Shown piece by piece: positions 51,090-64,000 of a stretch of DNA of 64,000 bases. The notes under the pieces are model-generated. The model had not been told where the DNA came from and searched no databases. It was given only the letters and a program-made list of their open reading frames with translations. The DNA lies in NCBI RefSeq assembly GCF_001194135.2, contig NC_068982.1, positions 1,663,377 to 1,727,376 of the forward strand, in the 5' to 3' direction. The DNA is from Octopus bimaculoides. Taxonomy: Eukaryota. The first letter of the stretch is position 1, and each line of letters starts with the position of its first letter. The position numbers and the translations under genes are program-made.

Positions 51090-51245
51090 AGACATCACAC
51101 TGCTTTCTATAAAATTTAGAAGAGTAAAAGACATCACACTGCTCTTTATAAAATTTAGAAAAGTAAAAGACATCACACTGCTCTTTATAAAATTTAGAAG
51201 AGTAAAAGTTATTACACTACCATTTATAAAATTTAGAAAAGTAAT
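51090..51245. repeat. 39-bp minisatellite, 4 units
   Basis: AGACATCACACTGCTCTTTATAAAATTTAGAAGAGTAAA starting at 51090, 51129, 51168 and 51207 (last unit diverged); no spacers. Confidence 0.95.
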
Positions 51246-51248
51246 ATG

Positions 51249-52263
51249 CATATATCCATACATATATGTACATACCTACATCTATATGTATACATACATG
51301 CATATATGGATACAGGACATCAATGTTTGCTTTTTTTTCATTGTTCGAAAAAAGTTCGTTTCTTATTTTCGTTTTTACGTTTTCGTTTCTCATTGTGTTT
51401 AACGCTTTTTTTTAATGTCCTGTACCCATATATGCATGTATGTATACATATAGATGTAGGTATGTACATATATGTATGGATATATGAATATATCTATATA
51501 TTATTTATATTATTATATGATCAAACGCCACGCATCCTTTTCCAAGTTAACTTTATCTTGATAATTACAATGCGCACTCTTCTACTATCTCTCTCCCTCT
51601 CTTGTTCTTCATCCTTTCTGTTTTTCTCTCTCACCCTTTTCTTATTCTCCTCACCCTTTCACCGTTCCCTCTCTCTCTCTCTCTCACTCCTCCTCTTCCT
51701 CCTTGACTCTATCGTCGCTGACACGTGACAAAAGGGGTTCTTTCTTTCTACCCACTGGTCTTCCTAAAGAACAGACGTGTTTTTTCTGTCTATTCTATCA
51801 TGGCACTTAGCGTTCATTAAAATTTTCCTATCATCTCGGCTCAACAGTTCTCACCATTTGTTTTTACTGTCTTGTTCTCACTGTCCTGTTCTTGTTAACA
51901 CTTTCACCGTCCGCCAAAAATTCCAAATTTTATTTAATTTGCTTTGCGGGAAGCACTATTTCAACGAAGTAGCGTATTGTCCTTGTCTTCGAAACGCGGA
52001 GTAGATGGAACAGGGACAACTGACGAAGGGATATACTCTTGCTGTTGCATGTCTCGTTTCGTTTCTCTGTTTGTTTGTTTTTTTCGTTGTTCGAAAAATG
52101 TTTGTTTTCTGTTTTCGTTTTAATGATTTTGTTTCTCATTGTGTTTAAGGTTTTTTTTTTCGATGTCCTGTACCCATACATGCATGTATGTAAACATATA
52201 GATGTAGGTATGAACATATATGTATGGATATATGAATATATCTATATATTATTTATATTATTA
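51249..52263 (+). mobile_element. Non-coding element with direct terminal repeats and an inverted 5' arm (possible non-autonomous PLE-related repeat)
   Basis: Direct repeats ~51335-51515 and ~52080-52263 (anchor ATGTCCTGTACCCATA at 51415 and 52163, period 748). 51249-51320 is the reverse complement of 51415-51486 at 71/72 nt. The repeats are seen directly; the PLE link is inference. Confidence 0.5.
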
Positions 52264-54554
52264 NNNNNNNNNNATATATATATATATTTGCTAATAAATG
52301 AGATGAAAATATACATTAAGAACCAAATATCTTGTAATGTTTTTAAAGTGCTAATCTTTCCCTCAAATTGTCCATTATATTTCTAGCCATCTTCATAGAA
52401 CTCCGCAAGAAGTGGAAAGAAACAACAAATACCACTCTTGTGTCACATCTATTTCCTATTGAAAGCAACTCATTTACTAAGTTGTTAAATATTTGCAATC
52501 GGCTGATGAGTAAAAAATCCTAGAAATGGATGTAAGAAGGTTGTTTTAGTATGTTGGAAAATTAACATAGACGCTTATATTTATATTAATAATTTTCTTA
52601 CAAAATATTCGTACTCCTTTAGATGTCACTCGTAAATCATTGTAAATAGTAAAAACCATCCATGTTTCATGTTTCTGATATCTGTAATGGTGGAAGTGAA
52701 TCTGTGACATGCGACGCGCATGAAAATATGAATATATAGTATAGTTTGATAGTTAAAATAGGTAAAATGAATATGTAGGTAATATGGAAGAAACAGATTA
52801 TTATCGGCAATTCATTTGCTACGAAGTAGAGTAATATACCTGATGCAAACATATAATATGTAAACATAAAAGCAAGCTCGCATTTATCAAGTGGCCAATT
52901 GTTTCCATAGATATTTGTTTAAGATTTTATATGTTATCTCATATAGAAATACTCTGTAAAAGTCTATGTAGAACACATATAAAAGAAAGTTTGTTAGAGT
53001 AATTGAATTAAATATGAAATGTTATGAAATACAAAAATTTCTCCCTGTTTCAGTTTTGGTTCCGCTTCATAAATTTTAGAAATGCATTTTTCACATAGGC
53101 AGCAACTATGAAAATTTCCAGAGAGATGAACTTGTTCGTGTGATTTCCATGCTTTTCACAAGTGCTTTATATGCCCACACATTAATTTATATTGCCTGTA
53201 GTTGTAAGGAAATGAGTATGCAATGTTATGTTTTAATTATAAATAGAGGTCAGATTATGCTGTAAAGAGCAAATACGTCATTTCCTATTTAAAAATAATA
53301 ATATCCAAATACATCTATGGAGGTTGTAAAAAGTTTACGATTTTGATATGATTCAATGAAGAATCTCTATCGTTAGTTCACTTCACAAGAAAAGAAGTTT
53401 TATATCGAGATATTTGCTAAGACGTAAACGTAACCTTAATACGTTGAACTGAACGCAATGATGCGCGTTGATCTGCTGCATTAAATACGCCATTAAATTT
53501 CAAGATTAAACACTGAATATATTGTGTACTGTGAGGTTTAGACATGGTTTAATTACACTGTGTTACTATTTCAACTAATATAAATAGACGGCATTGAGTT
53601 AGAGGTTAAATATAAATAGTAATTCTATTCATGCAATGATCAAATGCTGGAAAATAGATCAAAAGTAAAATGAAATAAGACAGAAAAATGTTCAATAAAG
53701 TGTCACTTGGAAATTGATACGGCTTCATAATAAAGTAGTGTGTTTATTACTCTTCAAATATTTAACGTTGAGGGGAGTTCTAAACGAATTTCAAAACCAT
53801 CTTGTCATTATTCGACTAATACCTCTGCATAAACCTGACACTTCTAAACGTAGCGTATTGCACTGCCTCGTATGATAATATAGATATTTTATAGAAAGAA
53901 TATCATTGGTATATTTTTCAAATAAATTCACAATTAATTGTACCAAATATATTAAGATATATTTGTTTATTTTGACCCAAATGATACCAGGTAGCTTTGC
54001 CTGCTGTACTTTTACATGCGATGGAAGATAAAGTGTTAACATTCAAAACCTAAGACAACAATTTTGGAAATCCGAAGTTCTCCTATAACTACAAAGCAGA
54101 AGAGAATATTGATGCGCTGCAGCTTGGGCAACGAAATAATGCCCTAAATAGGAAAATATATGAAGGTAACAGGTAAAGTAATTTTGATCATTACTGAAAA
54201 GAATATTCGCCCTTTAGAGGGACAAATTACATGTTATTTAGGTATATGCCATCTTTGTGCGCATGCACTTTTATGTGGATTACCAACTGATAAATTGTTA
54301 GCTTACTCTAAGTCTGTACAGTCTAAATATATCTAAGTTTACATATTGCATATTTTTTATATCAACAGTGTATGATTGTAAGAGAACTTCACTGCTATTC
54401 TCAGTAGGACGAGAAATACTGGTCAAGTTACATTGGCACATCGTCAAACTAAATAAAAGTAGAATTAAAAGTTGTAGCTCATATGGTTGAAGACTCCTAC
54501 ATGAGACATTTCTCACGAGATACACAAAATTACCGTGTTGGGTAGTAAAAATTG

Positions 54555-54621
<67 letters not shown>

Positions 54622-54679
54622 ATGTATTATGTATGCATGTATGGATGTGTGTATGAATGGATGGTGCTTTGTCCACATT

Positions 54680-54830
54680 ACTCCTTCAGGGAGCATAGGG
54701 CCAGTTTCCCGGTTTCTCTGGTGTGTACCTTCCCCGCCAAGATGGCACGCCGGTCCATCGCAGGGTTGGTGCTCAATTGTACCAGATTTTTGGACTAGAG
54801 CAACGTGAAAGGAAGAGTTTTGCTCAATTT
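54680..54830 (-). mobile_element. CORE-like SINE fragment
   Basis: GGACTAGAGCAACGTGAAAGGAAGAGTTTTGCTCAA resembles GACTGGAGCAACGGAAAATATAGTGTCTTTCTCAAG of the 20470-20797 copy. Confidence 0.45.
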
Positions 54831-54992
54831 ATTGAGTCTCAACATTTGAGGATTGTACATTTTGCAAATTGCTAATCTTGAAAAAGCAGTTTTAACTTAA
54901 ATCCGTTAAATTTATATTAAACAGTTTGAACGGTTTTAACTTAAATCCGTTAAACTGAAATAGGACAGTCGTTGTTTTGAGTAGAGTTCACC

Positions 54993-55204
54993 TTTTAGTT
55001 TTTACCTGTCTCAGGGATTGGACTGCGGCCACGCTGGGGCACTGCCATGTATAAGTTTTAAGTCGAAGGAATCGACTCCAGTACATATCTTCTTTCTAAG
55101 CCTGGCACTTATTCTATCGGTTCTCTTGCCTGACCGCTAAGTTATGGTGACATAAGCATACCTACACTGATTGTTAAGCGGTGGTGGAGGATGAACATGC
55201 AGAT

Positions 55205-55252
<48 letters not shown>

Positions 55253-55360
55253 GTGCGACGGACTACTTTCAGTCTACATCTACCAAATCCACTCACAAAG
55301 AAGACATTTGTCGAAGCTGCCGCGCAGAGTCGGCTTGAGCAAGCCTCTTACGTCACACAT
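54993..55360 (-). mobile_element. SINE family B with central (CA)n
   Basis: Tail GGACTGCGGCCACGCTGGGGCAC...ACTTATTCTATCGG..., (AC)n at 55207-55248, head CGACGGACTACTTTCAGTC.ACATCTACCAAATCCACTCACAA. Confidence 0.8.
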
Positions 55361-55869
55361 TCACAACAGCTCAACAATTTGTAATAACTTTAGCATCGGT
55401 ATCATCTTGCATCAAATTCCACGCATGTGCATTGCTCCTGTGCATAACTGCAGTTGAAGCAAATGATGCAACTGAATTATTAGAATCCTGTTTATTAGCT
55501 AAGGTTTGTATTGCGTAAATCTTAAAGAAAATTTCTGAAGGATGGTGAACACTTTCTTTTCTCATCCACTATGGAGTCTATTCAATTGAACGTATGACCA
55601 TTTCCTTGAAATAACTGCAACAGCTGCCTGTTGAAAATGTCTCATGTTAATATGTGCATAAATGTGTATTAAATATCTAAGTAATATGTCTTTCATAGTC
55701 AGTTATCAATAAAACCATATTTGTAAAGGAAACAGCAGAAGACGGAGGAAATGTCACCCGAAATTTCAGAGAAAAACTATACTATATTAATCACACACAC
55801 ACGCGCGCGCGCATCACGTATTCAAACATAATCACACATAGATATGTATATATATATATAGTTTTACGA

Positions 55870-56526
55870 TTTGGTTTGCAAGATTCTTTATGTGAGTTCG
55901 TGTGTTGAAGCATATTCTGTTGTGTCTGGGGAGAATCATTCTCTTTTCGTGCCTCATAATTTAACACACTCACCGGTGAAATTTCCACTCGTTTACTTAT
56001 AGGTAATATGAACAGACAAGCACACATACACACACATACGCAAATGAAGACTGAAACACAAGACCAGATACACACACACTTCATTTCACACGAGGACTCA
56101 TGTGGAGACACACATTCACACATATGGAGATACATATACATATATACACGTGTATGCGCACACACACACTGACCCACACATATGCGCACAAACAAACAAA
56201 AAGTACGCGGCTTGAATAACGGACAGAGTCAACAACTATTGAAAAGGTTGCAAGACGCAACGAAAATTTTAGAAAAAATATATCAGTAAACGAGTGGAAA
56301 CTTTGTCGGTGAGTGTGTTAAATTATAANNNNNNNNNNNNNNNNNNNNNNNNNNNNNNNNNNNNNNNNNNNNNNNNNNNNNNNNNNNNNNNNNNNNNNNN
56401 NNNNNNNNNNNNNNNNNNNNNNNNNNNNNNNNNNNNNNNNNNNNNNNNNNNNNNNNNNNNNNNNNNNNNNNNNNNNNNNNNNNNNNNNNNNNNNNNNNNN
56501 NNNNNNNNNNNNNNNNNNNNNNNNNN

Positions 56527-56563
<37 letters not shown>

Positions 56564-56730
56564 ATATATGTGTATACATATATGCATATATGTATGTCTG
56601 TATATATATACATACATACATACATACATAGGACATTAGTCAGTTTCATTTCAAGATTTCTTGCCAAGAGAGAATGAGCCGGTTTCTAATCAAGATCCAA
56701 AGCTCCTTCATTGAAACTTCAACAACATCA
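55870..56730. repeat. Interspersed-repeat pieces with a 42-bp inverted repeat, gap 56329-56525 and microsatellites
   Basis: 55956-55997 versus the reverse complement of 56285-56326: 38/42 identical. Confidence 0.75.
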
Positions 56731-57814
56731 ACAGGGTATTTGTGTATGTATATGTGTATAAGTGCAGTATGTGGCATCCCTGCATGTGCAGATTTGAATG
56801 TGTTTATATATTATGTATGCATTCGCATGCATACAGTTGTATGTCTAGACATACGCATAAATATATAAACACTAAACTTCTGGACTGTCTTACATATGTT
56901 TACAGTTCAATTGATGGCTGTATATGTCCATAGATGATTCAGTCAGTTGGCTTCCTGAAATTTCATTGTTCCGATGCGTTTCGTTTGCTCATTGAATTAG
57001 CGTGTACCTGGTTGCGTATTCCATAGACGTGCGTCCAATATAATTTTCAGGAAAAACCACTATAACACTGTGTATGGCAATGATCTATTTTAAAAATAGA
57101 AATACAATCCGTCCAGCAGGCTTTTCTCCATGTTTCGCTCATCTAATTTATTTCACAATATGTGGGTTGACCTGATGCTGCAGAAAATACTGTCTAATAT
57201 TCATCTGAATGCACTCTAGGTTGGTTATAAGGGGACTATCTTTACTATTTAGCACTTTTGCAAATATCCATGCACATATGTGCACACATACACCAACCCA
57301 TACACACGCACACACGCGCACGCGCGCACATTCATACAAACACACAAATACTACACACGCACGTGTTCGAGTCTGTTTACATGCACAAGCAATTCAGATG
57401 TCATCAAGGAACAAGAAAGGGAAATAAAATCAGTTGAGCATCCTACAGTGTTGTCTGTGAATATTTAGTTTCATCCTCCTTACGGTACACTAGAGAAACA
57501 ATATTATTTTTCCGTGTCCAAAAAGCAAGCACAGAGCCAGCGGTTGCAACATCCCGTTGCTTTAGCAGAGATGAGCTACTTCTTCTAGCTTCCCCAAAAT
57601 AATATTTAACTATAACTATTTGTAGGATACTACAATGACAGAGAGAGAGAGAGAGAGAGAGAGGGAGGGAGATAAAGACAGAGAGAGTAAGAGAAGCCTC
57701 GATGATGATATAGGGTTATACACTGGGGCTCAACTATCAGTGCATTGCAGCTTATAGCAGAAACAACGGTAAGCTAATGAAATTTGACATAATTGTTTAC
57801 TTCCTTGTCCACTT

Positions 57815-57934
57815 TAAATTCTGACGCACATACACATATACACATATATGTACACACGCACGCGCGCACGCGCGCAAACACACACACACACGCATACACA
57901 AACACACACATGTATATCTATATACACCTCCCTC

Positions 57935-57973
<39 letters not shown>

Positions 57974-57984
57974 CTCTCTCTCTT

Positions 57985-58030
<46 letters not shown>

Positions 58031-58099
58031 CATTATATACATACTTTATTTAAAAGCACATTACTCTACCTCTGGTATTTGAGTTATCTGCTTACTCCA

Positions 58100-58193
<94 letters not shown>

Positions 58194-58205
58194 GGAGAGA
58201 GGGAG
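57815..58205. repeat. Compound (CA)/(CT)n/(TA)n/(AG)n repeats
   Basis: Direct reading. Confidence 0.9.
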
Positions 58206-59442
58206 ATGAGAAAATAACAAATATTGGAGCTAATATTTTTCTTCCGTTTTACTTCGTAGTAGTGTCTTCCATTCTTTTACGCCTGGCTGGCTTTTTCATT
58301 TATCTTCCTCAGAGATGACAACATAATTATCAATCATAATAAAATGGCGTATATGAACTCATAAAACGCTTATATTCGAGAGATATAAAGCCCTGAAGGA
58401 TATTTAATTCATCTGCGAGATTTGATCCAAGATACTCTACATCATTTACTTTGATGCACTATCATAGCTGCTCTTATAATTTTAGGATACGTTATTGATT
58501 TTAAATCTTTTATTTTAAAAACTCACTGTAGTTTTTCTTTTCAGTGTCTTCTATTTAATGCAATTTCAGATGAAATTTTATACATAGATATATTTATTAT
58601 GAAGTTTCCATATCGAATCTGCTTTACTTCCTATATAGCATTCTTTTCACTCACTCGGTGGAATACATTAAAAGACCATAGGTCGCTACATGTATATAGA
58701 GATAAAAATTAATTTCCCAACAAGAAATTGCAGACCAGTAAGTTAACGATATATATTAATATACTTTTTTCGTTTTGATAATGTATAAAGGTTTCGTGTT
58801 TCACATGTGAATAACAAAGATGAAAGCAAAATGAAAGAGAGCCTTTGCAGAAAGCAAACCTTCTTTATCCGATTGCAATTACCAAACTTTGCTCAAGTAA
58901 CTAAAGAGAATTATTTAATGGAAAATGGAAATCGGAAACTGGTGAGGTTTTCTTGTTTTTCTGAATCATTACGACAAACGTATTGGATAGCTTTAATAGT
59001 GACTTGCTTAGATTTTTTCCCTTCATTGTCACAGTAAAGTTAGCAGAGCCACGAGTAATATAAGACATAAATATCTGACACAGCATCGCTCTTGTAAGAT
59101 TGATGGCTGTTATTAAATTCCCTTTTCACTCTGATATCGTTGTTTGTTAATATAGTAGACATTTTACAGACTGGGAAATGTTGCCTTATTAATACATACG
59201 ATATTCTTCTAGTCCACTTTCAATCATGGCTAGCAATTATTTTATAATATTCTTAAGAATGCAACAAATTGATATAAATTTTGAGTTGTTAGTGAATCCT
59301 ACGAGAGATAGTGACGTAGAATTGCTGAAACTACGACCGTCATTCGCTGGATCCAGATCAAATTGAGTGAGCCTCACTCGTGCATCCTATTGCAGGCGGT
59401 TTGATATGTAATCGATGTGATACGCATTGAATGTCTTTGAAT

Positions 59443-59445
<3 letters not shown>

Positions 59446-59476
<31 letters not shown>

Positions 59477-60305
59477 NNNNNNNNNNNNNNNNNNNNNNNN
59501 NNNNNNNNNNNNNNNNNNNNNNNNNNNNNNNNNNNNNNNNNNNNNNNNNNNNNNNNNNNNNNNNNNNNNNNNNNNNNNNNNNNNNNNNNNNNNNNNNNNN
59601 NNNNNNNNNNNNNNNNNNNNNNNNNNNNNNNNNNNNNNNNNNNNNNNNNNNNNNNNNNNNNNNNNNNNNNNNNNNNNNNNNNNNNNNNNNNNNNNNNNNN
59701 NNNNNNNNNNNNNNNNNNNNNNNNNNNNNNNNNNNNNNNNNNNNNNNNNNNNNNNNNNNNNNNNNNNNNNNNNNNNNNNNNNNNNNNNNNNNNNNNNNNN
59801 NNNNNNNNNNNNNNNNNNNNNNNNNNNNNNNNNNNNNNNNNNNNNNNNNNNNNNNNNNNNNNNNNNNNNNNNNNNNNNNNNNNNNNNNNNNNNNNNNNNN
59901 NNNNNNNNNNNNNNNNNNNNNNNNNNNNNNNNNNNNNNNNNNNNNNNNNNNNNNNNNNNNNNNNNNNNNNNNNNNNNNNNNNNNNNNNNNNNNNNNNNNN
60001 NNNNNNNNNNNNNNNNNNNNNNNNNNNNNNNNNNNNNNNNNNNNNNNNNNNNNNNNNNNNNNNNNNNNNNNNNNNNNNNNNNNNNNNNNNNNNNNNNNNN
60101 NNNNNNNNNNNNNNNNNNNNNNNNNNNNNNNNNNNNNNNNNNNNNNNNNNNNNNNNNNNNNNNNNNNNNNNNNNNNNNNNNNNNNNNNNNNNNNNNNNNN
60201 NNNNNNNNNNNNNNNNNNNNNNNNNNNNNNNNNNNNNNNNNNNNNNNNNNNNNNNNNNNNNNNNNNNNNNNNNNNNNNNNNNNNNNNNNNNNNNNNNNNN
60301 NNNNN

Positions 60306-60358
<53 letters not shown>
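59446..60358. repeat. (CA)n, gap 59477-60305, (GT)n
   Basis: Direct reading. Confidence 0.95.
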
Positions 60359-60359
<1 letters not shown>

Positions 60360-61789
60360 ATGTGTGTATGTTGTCGTGAATATTTTTATCTTATGTTTAG
60401 TCAATTTCCCTGAAAGAATAATTTACAGGAATGGTGTACTAGAATTTCATGCAACATTTTCACTCAATTTCAACACTCGACTAGTTATGCTTGATTTTCA
60501 TTTGTGTATAATTAATTAAAGGCCCACAATGAAATACTTCGGTTCTGCTGTGCATTATGCCCACATATAAGGTATAGAGTACTCGTCGTCATATATACAT
60601 ATAGCCAAATCATAAGTTGCTATGGCGCTGTATTATGCAGCCGCATTTATACCTTGCTTCAGTATGCAAAACAACAACTTGTCTCTTCCCTGAATTATCG
60701 AGTTATATACATATGACATTTACACCAAGCTTATCGGTAGAATGCTCATATTTAAGCAGGGCATAATTGCAAAATATAGATTTCCTTCCGCAGAAGTCTT
60801 TCTCATTTTCATCGAAATGTCCTGCTATATGACTAAACTCTTTTGTGTAATATTGAGGAAGATTTGTCTACTATTTCTTTTGGCGCCTTTTACATTTCTT
60901 AATTTGTCGTTGATATTAAAGTTTGTAACACTTGTGCTCCTTGACGTGTCTCTGTTAAAAGGAAAAAAAAACTTATTTTAAATTTTATCGTTCTAGTTTC
61001 TTTCGCAAGTACATTAGAGTTGAGATCTCTTTTTAAAAAATTATTATCAATATTCCTCGAACATTGCCTTTTCGCATTGGTTACTCTTATGATTTTGTTT
61101 GTACATACTGACCACACCTGCCCAATCAATCACGCCTTTATCAAAACATTGTAATGGTATTTATCGTTCGCTGCAGCGTCCTATATGCTTACATTTTGCG
61201 AAAACTTTTAGCAATTAAACACTTCCCCATTGCTTGCTGGTCCTGTAGTAATTAAACAGATTGCTTTCTTTTTTTTTTGTAAGTAAATATTACCAACGGG
61301 AAATGAAATCAATTAATAATCTAATAATAAGGGTTTTCTGGCCATATTCAATAAAAATGAGCCTATAGTTATTTCTAACACCAGTAACAACAGTTAAATA
61401 TCAATGATCAAGTTACATGTCTGATAGCATTATTCTCTGGCGAGGCGTACAAGCAGCATGGCTCCGAAAATATTTAGATTTTTAAGCGTCATCGGCAGAA
61501 GCATTGCCGCTAGCATTGCTTGTTTTCTAGTAAATCAACTTTTTGTATAAAAACACTTGCAAAATCATGGGGAGCAAATAATTTGTTGTGGTTCAAATAT
61601 TTTCCAATAGCATTAAGAATTTAGGTGCAATGAAAAGGTGTGAATCATAAATATTAAAAAAAGCCTCGCACTGTTTATTATTAAAATATTTTAGTATTCC
61701 TGCACTAAAGCAGATGGTTCAACCATTCATAATTTACGTTATTATGAACGGTATATGTGATGTATTGTGGATTCTGTTTGGAATTAAAA

Positions 61790-62100
61790 CTATAGTTCTC
61801 GCCTTAACTTCTCCCTTGATCATCAACGGTTGGTACAAATTGGTACATACAAGTCATGCGTTGCTTGGTTGATCTGATCTTTACGACAGATCGACCGTTT
61901 GTCTCCAGATCCATATCGAAGAAGGAGGCGCTAACTGCAGATTTGTTGAAGGAGTTTCAATAGTAAGATGGCATCACATTTTTATTTTCATTACAAATTG
62001 AAACTCTTTCTCGGAGTATTTGAGATGATACACGAAGCCATTTTAAAAGTTGCTATTGTTTATATCTTATAATTGTTATCAATGAAGCAGTTTATAGAGT
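61790..62100 (-). mobile_element. Second degenerate Penelope-like RT remnant
   Basis: Minus strand with frameshifts: CFIDN / INNSNF / LTIETPSTN / SAVSASFFDMDLETNGRSVVKI, in the order expected for RYIDD.LSLNNS.F...IYP.EL.I......SASYLDL.LEID..GRL.TKL. Confidence 0.45.
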
Positions 62101-64000
62101 GTGTCTTACTTTATCACTCGAAAGCAAAATGGCATTAATGATATTACAATTCATCTGGCCTTGTCAATTATGATTTTGTGGCAAGGTCGAGATCTTTTAT
62201 GAAATTATACATTAATTACGTTTCTTGTTAGGATTTGTGAAGAAGTAGAGTATTTAAGAAAAAATAAAATTAAACGGCAAAATAAATTCACAACTAAATT
62301 AACAATGGACTTAACAGAGCATTAAATGCCAAGTATCTCTGAGGTTACAGCAACTCAAAGTACATCATTTATAACTGAAATTTTTTATTGGAATCGAAAG
62401 TGATAGACGATTTCTTTGTTTTTGAAGGATTTGTACATTTTTATTTAAGTATCTCGACACAATTTCCGGTGACATGTGATTCAAACTGTAACTATTAATG
62501 GTCTGAGAACCTTTTTAAGCTTAACCCTATTCATTGTCGTCTGTTAGTTTCTATTTTGGTTGCTGGCAAACAACAGAAATGAAAAGTTAGGGTAAAATAT
62601 TATGCTATTTGATGTCTTGTATTTGATGAAAGTAAGGTGAGAGTTAAACCTCGGCAACAATGAATGATTTTTGTATACTGGTAACAAGCCAATGTGTTGT
62701 AGTGTGATGTAGTTGATTGTACATCACCAGTATCGATTTTATTGACACCCGCTTTTTAAATCTTCGGAAATGTTGATATAGTAAAAATGTAACTGTTAGT
62801 TTCTGAAAATAACATTAAAGAGCAACCGAATGCGCCTGTACTTTTGCTGCAATCCTAAGGAATATTTCATAGTCAAGTTAAAATCATAGACTGCATCGAC
62901 CTCACTGGTGTTGGAGAGTTTGCAAAAGTCAAGGACACATTCCTTTTCTCATGACATGCCACATAGATAAATATTATTTGTATGTTTCCTCTTTTGTAGA
63001 TACCAAATGTGATAAGCCTCCATAATAATAAAATTGATGGTAACAACAAAGCAGAATATTTAATAAAGAGGATAATGAATTTTCACGACAAAACAGTAAC
63101 ACTTAAGAATTTAGGAAAAAATGATCAAAATATAATTATCAAAACAAAAAACCATGTGATACGGATTTTGAAAAATGGTATATGAAGGGTATGTTTAAAA
63201 TAACTTCATATCGCCCTTAATATTGTATAAAATAGATTAATTTTCTATTAAATCCATACGCAAAAGGGGTATTATATCATAACATATGATCTAGTTTTGA
63301 CAAGTGTGAGTACCAGCTGAAATAACCACAAAGTCTTAACTATACGTTAATCAATCCAGGGGAACGCTTCCTTTAAAAACCTCATGCTGCCTATTATAGC
63401 TATTGTAAATAAATTAATATTTATAAATGAAGTGCTGTGTTGTAATTTAGATTAACAATGAAATCCAACTAATTTCACTTTCCTCAATCATACTCAGAAA
63501 AATGTTAGGAGCAACACTGGACTCACATTAAACAACATCTCTTTTAGTCGATTTTATTGAGAATGCAGTCATGTAAGAATAACCGGATCTATTACCCTAA
63601 CTCGTTTTGTTGAAGGTTTTTCACAATGCATTTATTGCTTGGGAAGGCCGTTCCTACCTCTACATTTGACTTCGTTGTTTGTGAAGCAAATATTTTCATC
63701 GCTGTTTAGCGAAAGCACAAAGCAGCAACTATCTAAAATTGTGGCATGGTTTCAATTTCCGGTTGAAACTCCTTCATTTTATCGAGACAGAAGAAGATAA
63801 AAATTTCTGTATGCCTACTTCTCATGTAATATAGGGTCTTAACATCTACACAAAAGACTGAAAAATCAATAACCATCAATGCTGTAACTTTCTGCAGTTT
63901 GTATGTTTCTCAGTATAGATTCCTTGTTGAAACTATTTCATTCTACTTAAGACGCTAATGCCCTTAAAAAATAGGATAGCATCATAACTTCCGGTTTCTC

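Noticed and set aside
51090-51245. Regular 39-bp array as a CRISPR
   Set aside because: Units are contiguous with no unique spacers, there are no cas genes, and the context is eukaryotic.
52502-52530. CTGATGAG...GAAA as a hammerhead (also CTGAGGA...GAAA at ~34917-34955)
   Set aside because: No stem II or III pairing around the core.
6225-60519. Long ORFs rich in TH, CV, YI, poly-T/Y/I/S/L or X
   Set aside because: They are translations of microsatellites or of N gaps, not genes.
61910-61963. Plus-strand 54-nt exon candidate IHIEEGGANCRFVEGVSI (TCTCCAG| ... |GTAAGA)
   Set aside because: The opposite strand is better explained as a PLE RT remnant and no homology was recognised. Not fully excluded.

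Overview
AT-rich, gap-containing (N runs) animal genomic DNA, dominated by microsatellites and decayed transposable elements. The SINE families and simple-repeat spectrum match my recollection of octopus (coleoid cephalopod) draft assemblies; this is an inference, not a database result. No intact protein-coding gene, rRNA, tRNA gene or CRISPR array is supported. Nearly all long ORFs in the supplied track are artefacts of microsatellites or N gaps. What can be read: many remnants of an R4/Dong-clade (RLE-type) LINE; several pieces of an L1/Tx1-like LINE; CR1/L2/Jockey-group LINE ends; two Penelope-like RT remnants; a ~1.4-kb Tc1 transposon with both TIRs; a hAT-type MITE; and four tRNA-headed SINE families, two copies with clear target-site duplications. 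A few short + strand exon candidates remain unexplained, so the window may be mostly intronic. The most interesting structure is a ~750-nt-period non-coding element at 51.25-52.26 kb with direct terminal repeats, a 72-bp near-perfect inverted arm and hammerhead-core fragments. This resembles a non-autonomous Penelope-like or retrozyme-like element, but no intact ribozyme could be folded from this copy.
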